Shown one piece after another: positions 1 through 9,302 of a stretch of DNA of 63,811 nt. Within the stretch, counting starts at the first letter, position 1. Every line of letters begins with the position of its first letter. Made by a program: the position numbers and the translations under genes. The notes under the pieces were generated by a model, which was not told the DNA's origin, did no database searches, and saw only the letters and a program-made list of their open reading frames with translations. The stretch lies in IMG/VR virus record IMGVR_UViG_3300002461_000106, positions 1 to 63,811 of that record; one strand, given 5' to 3'. Origin of the DNA: a virus (taxonomy: Duplodnaviria; Caudoviricetes).

Positions 1-773
1 GTCGTGGGTGGGGGTCTGGGGGGACTCGAACATGCCGGATGAGGACTCCTACTGGTACTACCGGCTGAGCGGGATCGACCCGGACGACGGGAAGACCGAG
101 GTTGACCTGAAGAAGCTCGGCGTCGAGGTGTTTATACAGCCGCCGGCCATGCTGCGGGTGGGGGAGAAGCAGTACATCCCGAACCCGAAGGCGGAGAACA
201 TCGAGAACCTGCCGCCCGGATACTACGAGGCCCTGGTTAACGGGAAGACAGACGACTACATCCGAACCTACGTGATGTGCGAGTATGGGCGATCGCGTGG
301 CGGTAAGCCGGTGCACCCCGCGTTCAACCGCGACATCCACGTTGCCAAGACCCGGCTGATCCCCGACCCGAACTCGCTCCTGCTGGTGTCTGCCGACTTC
401 GGACTCACGCCCGCGATGGTGCTCAAGCAGCAGAACGCGTTCGGTCAGGTGCTGACGCTGGACGAGATCGTGACCTTCGGGATGGGCATCGAGCGCGCGA
501 TCGAAAGCAAGCTGCTACCGCTGATCCGGCAAAAGTACGACGGGTTCGAGATATTCGTGACGGGTGACCCGAGTGGGGCCAGTGGGTCACAGGCCGACGA
601 GACCTCGTGTGCCGACATCTTCAAGCGATACTCCCGCAAGGGGCTCGGTAAGGTGAAGTTCGCCTACTCGAACAGCCCCGTGCATCGGCAGGGGGCGACG
701 GATCATTTCCTTACCCGACTGGGTGACTTCGGGAGGCCAATGTACCAGATCGACCCAGAGTGCAAGTGGCTGA
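1..773. repeat. Left copy of 773-bp end redundancy (matches 63039-63811, about 94% identical)
   Basis: Manual alignment: about 43 substitutions between positions 70 and 679, all synonymous third-codon changes; first 69 nt and last 94 nt identical. Confidence 0.95.
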
Positions 774-996
774 GGCGCTGAGTGGGAAGTACATGTTCAA
801 GAAAACGAAGGACGGTCGGCACGTCGAAGAAGTCGAGAAGAACGACTGGTCCCACATCGCGGAAGCGAATCAATATGGCGATATGTACTACGAGCGCGGG
901 GGCCGCCGGAAAGCAGAGCGGCGGGAATTGTCGTATGATGAGGCTTTGGCCGCGCAGCGCGGCTCGACCCGTAACGCCTACAACATGCCGAGGTGA
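1..996 (+). CDS. terL: Terminase large subunit, C-terminal nuclease part (5'-truncated; apparent frameshift at about 773)
   Basis: RNase H-like 'SADFGLTPA' and 'GDPSG' in 8..781; C-terminal 'EKNDWSHIAEANQY' in 760..996 in another frame; directly upstream of portal. Confidence 0.85.
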
Positions 997-998
997 CG

Positions 999-3005
999 AT
1001 GGACATCCCGCAGATTGATGAAACCAAACTGAACGCCTTCGGCGTGACGCTGTTCAAACAGTTCGAGCGGCACGAGCAGGACCGCAAAGCTGCCGAGGAT
1101 CGCTGGCTGCAGAACCTCCGCCAGTTCCGGGGGATATATGACCCCGAGGTCAAGATTGACCCTGACTGCTCGAAAGCCTACCCGAAGCTGACCCGGTGGA
1201 AGATCGTCGCGACAGTTGCCCGGCTCATGCAGATGCTATTCCCGAACACCGAGAAGAACTGGGGTCTCGCCCCGTCGCCGCTGCCCGAGCTGGAGTTGGC
1301 GGACCTGCAGGCCATCCTCGACCGCCTGGTGCAGGAGAGGGCCGGACCGGAGGGCGACCCATCGCAGGTTGAGTTGTCGACTGAGGAGATCGAGAAGGCT
1401 GTCCATGCCGAGGCCAAGAAGCGTGCGGAGCGGATGAGTGTTAAGATCGACGACGATCTGAAGGAGGCCGACTACGTCACGCTGGTGCGCAAGGTGGTGT
1501 TTTCGGCGGCGCTCTACAACGTCGGCGTCCTGAAGGGACCGCTGCATACCAAGTATAAATCCCGCACCTGGGAGCGGCTGTCGAACGGGAAGTATCAGGC
1601 GATCGAGAAAGACCGTTATAAGCCGATCTTCGAGTTCCTGCCGGTGTGGAACTGGTTCCCCGACATGACTGCGACGGCATTGAGCCAGCAGGACGGCACG
1701 TTCGAGCGCCATATCATGACTCGCCAGCAGGTGGAAGAACTGGGTGAGCGGCCCGGGTTCCTGAAGGAGCGCATCGACGAGTGGCTGCTGAAGAACAAGA
1801 CCGGCAACCACAAGATGCGGCACTGGGAGACTGCGATGCGCTCGGAACTCAAGAGCGACAAGCAGACCAACTCCGAGACCGAGACACGGAAGTATGAAGT
1901 GCTGTCCTACTGGGGCGGCGTGACCGGCGCAGACTTGCGGGCATCGGGGGTGAAGGTCAAGGACTCCGATGTGGGCAAGACCCTGCAGGCCAGTGTGTGG
2001 CTGCTGGGTAACGTCGTGATCAAGGCCGCTCTGATGCCGTTCGGCGCAGAAGCACGCATCCACCACGAGTTCGTGTTCGAGGAGGATGATCTGTCGCTGC
2101 TCGGCAACGGACTGGCAGACACGCTGCGCGACTCGCAGTTGTCGCTGTGCGAGGTCACCCGTTCAGTGCTCGACACGAACAGTATCCTCGGCACCCAGCT
2201 TGAGGTGAACATGGACCTGCTGATGCCAGGCCAGAACACCTCCATGCGCAAGCATAAAGTGTGGCGGCGCGAAGGCACCGGCGCGGAGGCGACTTACCCC
2301 GCGGTGCGTAACATCGGCATCGACAGCCGGTTGCAGGAGCAGATGGCGCTGATGGATCGGTTCATGGACTTCTCGGACAAGGAGTCCGGGCTGCCGCCAG
2401 CCTCGATGGGCGACGTCACCGGGGGCGGGAGCGAGGCGCTGCGCACACAGCGTAACGCCAGCATGTTCCTGGGCGCTGCGGCGTTGCCGATCCGCGACAC
2501 AGTGCGTAACTTCGACACCTTCACCACGTCGGTCATCACGGCGCTAGTGGAGTGGAACCGGAAGTATGATCCGGACCCGAGCCGCGATGGTGACTACAAC
2601 GTCATCGCCCGAGGCTCGACCAGCCTGATCGCCAAGGAGGTGCTGGCTGACTCGCTTGACCAGTTGCGCGCAACTGTGACTGAGGGTGAGTTGCCTTACA
2701 TCAACGAGCGGGCGCTGTTCATCGAGCGGATGAAGGCGCGCGACCTGCCGGTTGACGTGGTGCTGGAGGATGAGGATGTTGCGGCGCAGAAGATCGCGCA
2801 GGCGCAGGAGGCGGCGCAGGCCGCGCAAGCGGCGCAAGAGGAACGGATGCGGGCCGAGGTTCGGGAGATCCTGACCAAGGCACTGAAGAACGTCGCGGAC
2901 GCCCGGGCGAAGAACTCCGGAGCGGACGTGACTGTGGTTAAAACAATACTGGAGGCACTGGAACGTGGAGACGGCGAGGCAGGAGCAGCACCAACTGGAG
3001 AGTGA
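999..3005 (+). CDS. Portal protein
   Basis: About 670 aa after TerL; podovirus-portal-like layout ('GVLKGP', 'FPDMTA', C-terminal coiled coil); GAGGT RBS before ATG 999. Confidence 0.8.
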   Translation: MDIPQIDETKLNAFGVTLFKQFERHEQDRKAAEDRWLQNLRQFRGIYDPEVKIDPDCSKAYPKLTRWKIVATVARLMQMLFPNTEKNWGLAPSPLPELELADLQAILDRLVQERAGPEGDPSQVELSTEEIEKAVHAEAKKRAERMSVKIDDDLKEADYVTLVRKVVFSAALYNVGVLKGPLHTKYKSRTWERLSNGKYQAIEKDRYKPIFEFLPVWNWFPDMTATALSQQDGTFERHIMTRQQVEELGERPGFLKERIDEWLLKNKTGNHKMRHWETAMRSELKSDKQTNSETETRKYEVLSYWGGVTGADLRASGVKVKDSDVGKTLQASVWLLGNVVIKAALMPFGAEARIHHEFVFEEDDLSLLGNGLADTLRDSQLSLCEVTRSVLDTNSILGTQLEVNMDLLMPGQNTSMRKHKVWRREGTGAEATYPAVRNIGIDSRLQEQMALMDRFMDFSDKESGLPPASMGDVTGGGSEALRTQRNASMFLGAAALPIRDTVRNFDTFTTSVITALVEWNRKYDPDPSRDGDYNVIARGSTSLIAKEVLADSLDQLRATVTEGELPYINERALFIERMKARDLPVDVVLEDEDVAAQKIAQAQEAAQAAQAAQEERMRAEVREILTKALKNVADARAKNSGADVTVVKTILEALERGDGEAGAAPTGE

Positions 3006-3189
3006 TGTACACGCCACGCGACACGAGTCGCGAGCGATGTATAACCTGCTGGAGTTTCATCAGCGGGAGTTGAACCGGAAGTGGCCGTCGTTGTCTGGCG
3101 AGGACTTGCTGAAGGCGCAAGGCCGCGCGCAGATGGTGGCGCAGTTGATGAACACCCTGGTCAACGGGCCGGGTATAAAAAATACTTAA
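2965..3189 (+). CDS. Small hypothetical protein between portal and scaffold
   Basis: 74-aa ORF filling the gap, GGAGG upstream. Confidence 0.55.
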   Translation: METARQEQHQLESDVHATRHESRAMYNLLEFHQRELNRKWPSLSGEDLLKAQGRAQMVAQLMNTLVNGPGIKNT

Positions 3190-3201
3190 TCGGAGGCCAT
3201 C

Positions 3202-4272
3202 ATGGCAGAAGCAGCGACCGCAGCAAAAGACGACGACTTCGACGCCCTGTTCGACGAGGCGATCAAGAACGCAGATACGACCACCCCCGACCCGGTGCCG
3301 CAACAGGCCGCGGATGAAGCGGGGGCCGAGGACGACGCCGCGAAGAAGGCCGCGGATGAAGCTGCGGCGAAGGCGGCTGCGGAGGAGGCAGCGAAGGCCA
3401 ACGAAGGGAAGGCCCCCGAGGAGATCGCCGCAGCGAAGAAGGCCGAGGAGGATGCGGCCGCGAAAGCCGCTGCGGAGGAAGCTGCCACGAAGGCCAACGA
3501 AGGGAAGACACCTGAACAGATCGCTGCTGATGAAGCGGCTGCGAAGAAGGTAGCGGATGATGCTGCTGCGAAGGCCGCTGCAGATGAAGCGGCCGCGAAG
3601 GCTGCGGCTGCCGCACCGGCCCCGAAGCCGGACCCTGCACCGCCTGCCGAGACCGCCGAGGAGAAGGCGGAGCGGGAGAAGCGCGAGGCCGAGCACAAGG
3701 CCGCACTGGCAGACTACGAGTTCACGCCCGACGAGCAGAAGGCGCTGGAGTCGTTCAAGAAAGACTTCCCGACCGAGCACGTGGCGATCGAGGCCATGCT
3801 GAAGCGCATGGACCGCGTGATCACCCAGCGGGTCTACAACGGGGTGAACGCCGTCCTGCAGCGGGTGCATCAGGACTTTACGCCGGTGGTTCAGGGCTAC
3901 ACCCAGGACGCCGAAGCGCGTCACTTCGCGACGATCAAGGCTGCGCACGCGGACTACGATGCCGCGCTCCCGAAGGTCAACGAGTGGGTGGCGAAGCAGC
4001 CGAAGTACCTGCAGGCCGCCATGAAGGACGTGCTGGAGCAGGGTAGCGCGCAGGAGGTGATTGACCTGTTCGACCGCTTCAAGAAGGATGCGGGCGTGGC
4101 ACCTGCCGCTCCCGCGGCTCCGGCTGCGCCGGCCAAGCCGGCAACGCCCCCGCCGGACGACTCCGCTCTGACCCCGGTCAGCGCGAAGCGGGCGGCACCG
4201 GCACCGAGCGGTGGCGGCCCGGCCAAGGACGACTTCGATGGGGCGTTTGACGACGCCACAAAAAAGAAGTAG
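3202..4272 (+). CDS. Probable capsid scaffolding protein
   Basis: Ala/Glu/Lys/Pro-rich helical protein between portal and capsid genes; GGAGG RBS; internal duplication AAEEAA(T)KANEGKxPExIAA. Confidence 0.7.
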   Translation: MAEAATAAKDDDFDALFDEAIKNADTTTPDPVPQQAADEAGAEDDAAKKAADEAAAKAAAEEAAKANEGKAPEEIAAAKKAEEDAAAKAAAEEAATKANEGKTPEQIAADEAAAKKVADDAAAKAAADEAAAKAAAAAPAPKPDPAPPAETAEEKAEREKREAEHKAALADYEFTPDEQKALESFKKDFPTEHVAIEAMLKRMDRVITQRVYNGVNAVLQRVHQDFTPVVQGYTQDAEARHFATIKAAHADYDAALPKVNEWVAKQPKYLQAAMKDVLEQGSAQEVIDLFDRFKKDAGVAPAAPAAPAAPAKPATPPPDDSALTPVSAKRAAPAPSGGGPAKDDFDGAFDDATKKK

Positions 4273-4310
4273 ACTGAGATTCATTAGGGTAAATTTTCTG
4301 GAGATTACCA

Positions 4311-4904
4311 ATGTCCATTGACCGCAAGTTTGTTCGCAACGCGAATTTTGACCCCGCGGTCAAGGCCGCGCTGGAGAAGCTGCTCGACGAGCATGATCTG
4401 ATCACTGACGTCCTCAATACCGAGGCCGGCGCGGGGATCACCAGCGGCACCGGGACGGTTTACCGCTCCAGCGTGTCGCGACTCGGCGGCATCATCCGCA
4501 CTTCCATCCTGCTTGACCTGACCGGCCTGGCATCTTCGACGACTGACCTCGACATCATCGGGGTGGGCGCATCGCCGGCATATATAGGGCGGATCAGCGC
4601 GGCTCAGAACGGCACCATCCTGACCGGCAAGGTCACCTGCCTCGAAGCCCCCGCCGGCGGCGTCGCGGATATCGACGTTTATTCCGCAACCGAAGGAACG
4701 GGTGTATTCGATGGTGGTATCGCTGCACTGACCGAGACCGCGCTCCTGACCTCCGGCGCTGCGTGGACGATCGCGCTTACCCGGGCCATGACGGCGGTTC
4801 CGGCCGCGGACCAGTACCTGTATCTCGTGGGCGGCGCCGCGGGCACCGCTGCACCTTACACCGCTGGCAAGTTCCTGATTGAGCTTGACGGCTACGAAGC
4901 CTAA
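4311..4904 (+). CDS. Putative virion structural or decoration protein
   Basis: Gly/Ala/Thr-rich 197-aa ORF with GGAG RBS in the head module. Confidence 0.55.
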   Translation: MSIDRKFVRNANFDPAVKAALEKLLDEHDLITDVLNTEAGAGITSGTGTVYRSSVSRLGGIIRTSILLDLTGLASSTTDLDIIGVGASPAYIGRISAAQNGTILTGKVTCLEAPAGGVADIDVYSATEGTGVFDGGIAALTETALLTSGAAWTIALTRAMTAVPAADQYLYLVGGAAGTAAPYTAGKFLIELDGYEA

Positions 4905-4989
4905 CCCAAAAAACTGAAACGACTGCTCGACGCCGTAGATGTGTCGGACTCGATAACCAAGAAGCGATTCTTATCAAGGAGTTGACACC

Positions 4990-5976
4990 ATGAGTTCCCC
5001 GCAAGTTTACGGCGACATCTCGCCCCGTACCGCAGCCTACGCCATCGCTGAAATGCTGAAGCGTGGCGACGAGGAAATGATCCTCGAAAAGTTCGGCCAG
5101 ACCTACGTCTTGCCGCTGAAGTCCAGCAAGACCGCCATCTTCCGCCGCTTTGAGGCGCTGGCCCTGGCCACGACCCCGTTGGTTGAGGGCGTGACCCCGA
5201 CCGGCACCAAGCCGACGATCACCGACATCCCGGTGACGCTGGAGCAGTACGGCGACTACATCCCGTTCAGCGACGTCATCATGGACACCCATGAAGACCC
5301 GATCCTGAAGGAGTACAGCTCGCTGCTCATGCAGCAGGCCAGTGAGACCGTCGAGACGATCCGCTGGAACGTCGTCAAGGCCGGCACCAACCGGATCTTC
5401 GCGAACGGCAGCGCGCGTACCGATGTCAACACCCCGATCACCCTGGCCCTGCAGCGCAAGGCGACTCGCGCACTGAAACGCCAGCGCGGCAAGCACATCA
5501 CCTCGATCGTGTCGTCCGACGCCCGGTTCCGCACCGAGCCGGTGGAAGCCGCGTTCGTGGCCGTGTGCCACTCCGACGTCGAGAACGACATCCGCAACAT
5601 GGAAGGCTTCATCCCGACCAAGCAGTACGGGACCGTCTCTCCGTGGGCGAACGAGATCGGCGCGGTGGAAGATGTTCGCTACGTCCGCTCCGTGCTGTTC
5701 ACGCCGTTCGCGGACGCCGGTGGCGCCAAGGGCACGATGATCTCCACGACCGGCACCAGTGCCGACGTGTATCCGGTCATCTACTTCGCCCGCGACTGCT
5801 ACGGCATCGTCCCGCTGAAGGGCAAGAACGCCATGTCGATCATGGTCGTGAACCCGAAACCGGCCGCCAGCGACCCTCTGGGTCAACGTGGCACCGCCGG
5901 CTGGAAGATGATGCAGAACAGCGTCATCCTCAACGACCTGTGGATGGTCCGCCTCGAAGTCGCGGCGACCAACTGA
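4990..5976 (+). CDS. Major capsid protein, N4-gp56 family
   Basis: 'YGDISPRTAAYA', 'PLVEGVTP', 'EQYGD', 'DPLGQRGTAGWK', 'ILNDLWMVRLE' motifs typical of this family; AAGGAG RBS. Confidence 0.9.
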   Translation: MSSPQVYGDISPRTAAYAIAEMLKRGDEEMILEKFGQTYVLPLKSSKTAIFRRFEALALATTPLVEGVTPTGTKPTITDIPVTLEQYGDYIPFSDVIMDTHEDPILKEYSSLLMQQASETVETIRWNVVKAGTNRIFANGSARTDVNTPITLALQRKATRALKRQRGKHITSIVSSDARFRTEPVEAAFVAVCHSDVENDIRNMEGFIPTKQYGTVSPWANEIGAVEDVRYVRSVLFTPFADAGGAKGTMISTTGTSADVYPVIYFARDCYGIVPLKGKNAMSIMVVNPKPAASDPLGQRGTAGWKMMQNSVILNDLWMVRLEVAATN

Positions 5977-5982
5977 TCGGTA

Positions 5983-6004
5983 GCGGGGGGCTCTGGCCCC
6001 CTGC
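5983..6004 (+). terminator. GC-rich hairpin after capsid gene (no clear U tract)
   Basis: gcgggggg-ctctgg-cccctgc stem-loop. Confidence 0.35.
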
Positions 6005-6033
6005 ACTGAAACTTCTCTTAAAGGAAAACTGAC

Positions 6034-6408
6034 ATGGCTCTGACCAATTTCAAGACGAACGCAGTGGTTGCCCCCAACCACGCCAGCGGTTACCTGAGCG
6101 GCACTTACACTGCCGCAACGGTGACGTCTACCACCCCCGGCGCCGTCATTGGCTCGGGTGTGATGACCCTGACGCTGGGCTTCGCGCCGAAGTATTTCAA
6201 AATCTTCAACGTGACCGACCGCCTGTCCCAGGAGTGGTTCGAGGGCATGAACTCCGGTGACTTCATCGAGTCCGTGGCCGCCGGCGACAAGACTCTGCAG
6301 ACGGACGACAAGGTTGTTGTCGACCAGGCTGCGGGCACCGTCGTGGTGACCTTCGACGGCGGCGCGGTGACCGATGACGACACCGTTGTTTGGGAAGCCC
6401 GCGGCTAG
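6034..6408 (+). CDS. Putative virion protein
   Basis: 124-aa beta-rich ORF after capsid gene, AAGGA RBS. Confidence 0.65.
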   Translation: MALTNFKTNAVVAPNHASGYLSGTYTAATVTSTTPGAVIGSGVMTLTLGFAPKYFKIFNVTDRLSQEWFEGMNSGDFIESVAAGDKTLQTDDKVVVDQAAGTVVVTFDGGAVTDDDTVVWEARG

Positions 6409-6426
6409 GTTCTTCGCTGCGCCATA

Positions 6427-6460
6427 AGCGGCCCGCTCATGTTGGGCGGGTCGTTTTCTT
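6427..6460 (+). terminator. Rho-independent terminator
   Basis: agcggcccgctca-tgt-tgggcgggtcgtt stem followed by ttctt. Confidence 0.65.
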
Positions 6461-6471
6461 AGGAGGTGTCC

Positions 6472-6747
6472 ATGTACGGCGAACAGTACCGCGTCAACAT
6501 CGAAGTGTTGGAGAACGGGTTCTCAGTCGAGATCCCTGATATGGAGGCGCGTGAGAAGAAAATGGCCGAGGCCAAGAAGCGCGCCAAGGGCTCGGACATG
6601 CCGACGCCGTACTACGGCGACTGCACCAAGAAGTATGCCGCCAAGAGTGTCAAGGAGGTTCTCTCGCTGGTCGAGGAGAGCCTGAAGAAAATCCCCGACG
6701 GCGAGTTTGACTCGGCGTTTGAGGAGAAGGCCAAGTCCAAGGATTAA
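6472..6747 (+). CDS. Hypothetical protein
   Basis: AGGAGG RBS before ATG 6472; C-terminal 'EFDSAFEE' motif resembles scaffold termini. Confidence 0.65.
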   Translation: MYGEQYRVNIEVLENGFSVEIPDMEAREKKMAEAKKRAKGSDMPTPYYGDCTKKYAAKSVKEVLSLVEESLKKIPDGEFDSAFEEKAKSKD

Positions 6748-6775
6748 CCGCAACACACTTTCAAGGAGTTCCATA

Positions 6776-7309
6776 ATGTCTAAAAATGAATCCACCCCGG
6801 CACAGAACGATTTCGATGTTCCCCCGCACCTGATGCAGTCCGCCACACCGTCTGAAGACGAAGTGCGCGCCAAGATCGCTGCCGACCTCGCCGCTGACAA
6901 GGATGCGCTCTACGCGAAGATCCGCGCAGAGGAGCTGGCGAAGCTGGAGGCCAGCGTCCGGTCGAAGGTTGCCGAGGATATCCAGGGCAACGAAATTTCG
7001 GCGGACGACTTCCCGCAGGTGTTCTACAAAATCACCATCTTCAAAGGCCCGAACAAGCACGACCTGTCCTACGTCCCGGTGGGCGTCAACGGTTACGCGT
7101 GGAAGATCGAGCGTGGGCCGGAGGTGATCGTGCCCTCGGTCGTGGTCGATGCGCTGAACGATGCTGTGGGTGAAGTGACCATCCAGAGCGAGGGTGGCCT
7201 GATCACCCGACCGGCGCACCGCTTCCCCTTCCAGGTTCTCGGCCAGGCGACTCGTAAGGAGTATGACGAGTTCCGCGCCAAGAACCGCGCCGCGGCGAAG
7301 GCAGCGTGA
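6776..7309 (+). CDS. Hypothetical head/neck-module protein
   Basis: AAGGAG RBS before ATG 6776; 'VPVGVNGYAWKIERG..V.VP' segment. Confidence 0.7.
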   Translation: MSKNESTPAQNDFDVPPHLMQSATPSEDEVRAKIAADLAADKDALYAKIRAEELAKLEASVRSKVAEDIQGNEISADDFPQVFYKITIFKGPNKHDLSYVPVGVNGYAWKIERGPEVIVPSVVVDALNDAVGEVTIQSEGGLITRPAHRFPFQVLGQATRKEYDEFRAKNRAAAKAA

Positions 7310-8037
7310 AACTCTCCGAGATCCTCGAACAGGTAGCGGTCGATCATCTTGACGACCGCACCGAGATGCTCGACGGCGAGCCGGATGTCCTCTGGCCTGC
7401 CAAGACCATCGTCCGCTACCTGAACGAGGCTCAGCGCATCCTCGCCCGCCGGGCTTGGGTGCTGCAGGATATCGGCCACCCGCAAGCCGGCGTGCTCACG
7501 CTGGTTACGGACAAGCCGACGTACAAGCTGCACCCGTCTGTGTTGCGGGTCTACTACGCGCAGGTCGAGGGCGCTGCTGCGCCCCTGCCCTGTGCGTCGG
7601 ACTCAATGCTGTTGGGCTACCTGCCGCCGGACCTGAGTTACTTCGACGTGAACCAGGCATCCGCCCGGACCCCGGGCGCACCACGAGCGTTCGCCAGCGA
7701 CGCCGCCATGCGAACTGCTCGGGTCTATCCGACCCCCAGCGCCGCTGAGAACGGCACCCGCCTTCTGATGAAGGTGGCGCGGCTGCCCGTGTGCTGGCTG
7801 GACGCTGCCAAGCCTGACGAGTGCCCCGAGGTGCCCGAGGAGTGGCACGACGCGCTGGCCATCTATGCGGCTGGGCGCTGCCTGCAACACAACAACATCG
7901 ACGCGACGGCGAAGACCGAGGGCGTCCGTCTGGTCAGCGAGTTCAACGCCCGGGTGCTGGAGGCTCGGCAAGAGCGCGAGCGGGCTGAGTATTCTGGCGA
8001 CCGTCCGCGGTTCGCCTCCTCAACGGCGGTGCTGTGA
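7306..8037 (+). CDS. Head-tail adaptor protein
   Basis: 'RYLNEAQR..ARR' N-terminal helix and 'PEVPEEWHDALAIYAA' C-terminal motif of podovirus adaptors. Confidence 0.7.
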   Translation: MKLSEILEQVAVDHLDDRTEMLDGEPDVLWPAKTIVRYLNEAQRILARRAWVLQDIGHPQAGVLTLVTDKPTYKLHPSVLRVYYAQVEGAAAPLPCASDSMLLGYLPPDLSYFDVNQASARTPGAPRAFASDAAMRTARVYPTPSAAENGTRLLMKVARLPVCWLDAAKPDECPEVPEEWHDALAIYAAGRCLQHNNIDATAKTEGVRLVSEFNARVLEARQERERAEYSGDRPRFASSTAVL

Positions 8038-8038
8038 G

Positions 8039-9274
8039 ATGGCTGTCAGCCCCGATGAGGGTCTGTTCGAGTTCTCCGGGTTCCGGGGGCTGCGCAACAG
8101 CGTCGACCCGGTAGACTTCGAGCCCGGCGACCTTGAGGTCGCCTTGAACGTCGACATAGACGACGGTGAGAAGGTCGCCCGCCGTAAGGGCTACAGCACT
8201 GTGGTTGTTGCCGGTGTCGACCGCGACCTGTTCGCTGCTGGCCCCATCTGCCTCGGCGTGGGCGCAAACGTCCTGAAGCAGATCATGCCAAACTTCAGCA
8301 CGATCGTGCTGCGTTCCGGCCTGACTCCGAGCCGCCCGCTGCGCTACGCTCCGCTGGCTGACCGCATCTACTACAGCAATGGCGTGGAGCATGGCGTCGT
8401 GCAGAGTGGCGTGAGCCGCTCGTGGGGCCTGACCCCGCCGGTGCTTGGGGCCGCGACTGTTCACGGTGGGGGGCTGCGCGCGGGTCAATACCAATGGACG
8501 ATGACTTACCTCCGCGGTGATGGGCAGGAGTCGGGTGCGCCGTTGGCGCAGGTGGTCGAGGTTGCCGCCGGTGGCGGGTTCACGATCACGCTGCCGGTGC
8601 CGGCTGACCCCGGCGTAACGCACAAGGCGGTCTACCTGTCGCATACCGACGGCAAGACGATGTATCTCTACGCGACGCTGGACGCTGCGGTGACCACACT
8701 GGACGTCGTCGCAGAGCGACCGGGCGAGGTGCCGCTGCAGACGCAGTTCCTCGTCTCGCCTAATGAATTAGGCGTTATCTCACATATCGCCTACGGTAAT
8801 GGGCGGATGCTCGTGGCTGCAGGGAACAAGCTCTACGTGTCCGAGCCCTACGCGCCCGAACTGTTTGACCCGCGGAAGGTGTATGCCTTCCCCGACCGCA
8901 TCACGCTGGTGGCGTTCCTTGAGGACGGCGCGTGGCTCGGGACCGATACGCAGGTTGCGTGGCTCCCGAGTGCCGATGTCGATCAGTGGGACTTCCGCCC
9001 GCGCGCAGACTATGGGGCGATTCCCGGCACCTCGGTACTTGGCTCATCCGAAGCGATCACCGAAGGGCAGTCGAAACTGCCTGCCGTGTTCTTCGCGACG
9101 AGCGAAGGGCTGTGCGCTGGACTGGCGGGTGGGCAGCTTGTGAATTTCACCCGCGGTCGATTTGCCTATCCGAAACAGCCAGCTGGCGCGGGGGTGGTGC
9201 GGAACTACCGCGGCACGATACAATACCTCACAACGCTACGCGGGTTGGAAACTGCGGCAAACGTGGCAAGTTAA
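8039..9274 (+). CDS. Tail nozzle/tubular protein-like
   Basis: 'FRGLRN..D', 'ALNVDIDD..K..RRKG' N-terminus; follows adaptor; beta-propeller-like composition. Confidence 0.6.
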   Translation: MAVSPDEGLFEFSGFRGLRNSVDPVDFEPGDLEVALNVDIDDGEKVARRKGYSTVVVAGVDRDLFAAGPICLGVGANVLKQIMPNFSTIVLRSGLTPSRPLRYAPLADRIYYSNGVEHGVVQSGVSRSWGLTPPVLGAATVHGGGLRAGQYQWTMTYLRGDGQESGAPLAQVVEVAAGGGFTITLPVPADPGVTHKAVYLSHTDGKTMYLYATLDAAVTTLDVVAERPGEVPLQTQFLVSPNELGVISHIAYGNGRMLVAAGNKLYVSEPYAPELFDPRKVYAFPDRITLVAFLEDGAWLGTDTQVAWLPSADVDQWDFRPRADYGAIPGTSVLGSSEAITEGQSKLPAVFFATSEGLCAGLAGGQLVNFTRGRFAYPKQPAGAGVVRNYRGTIQYLTTLRGLETAANVAS

Positions 9275-9302
9275 ACATATCTAACAACATAGGAGAATTA
9301 TC

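Noticed and set aside
1-773. Diversity-generating retroelement template/variable repeat pair
   Set aside because: Differences are synonymous and not adenine-specific, and no reverse transcriptase is present
1-773. Genuine fixed direct terminal repeat of the virion DNA
   Set aside because: Copies are non-identical and fall mid-terL; better explained by circular assembly with two alleles
4905-4989. Possible riboswitch or ribozyme upstream of the capsid gene
   Set aside because: Only short hairpins visible; no recognisable conserved RNA family core
2938-6081. Long minus-strand ORFs 2938..4311 and 4777..6081
   Set aside because: Antisense shadows of scaffold and capsid genes caused by GC-rich codon bias; no motifs or RBS
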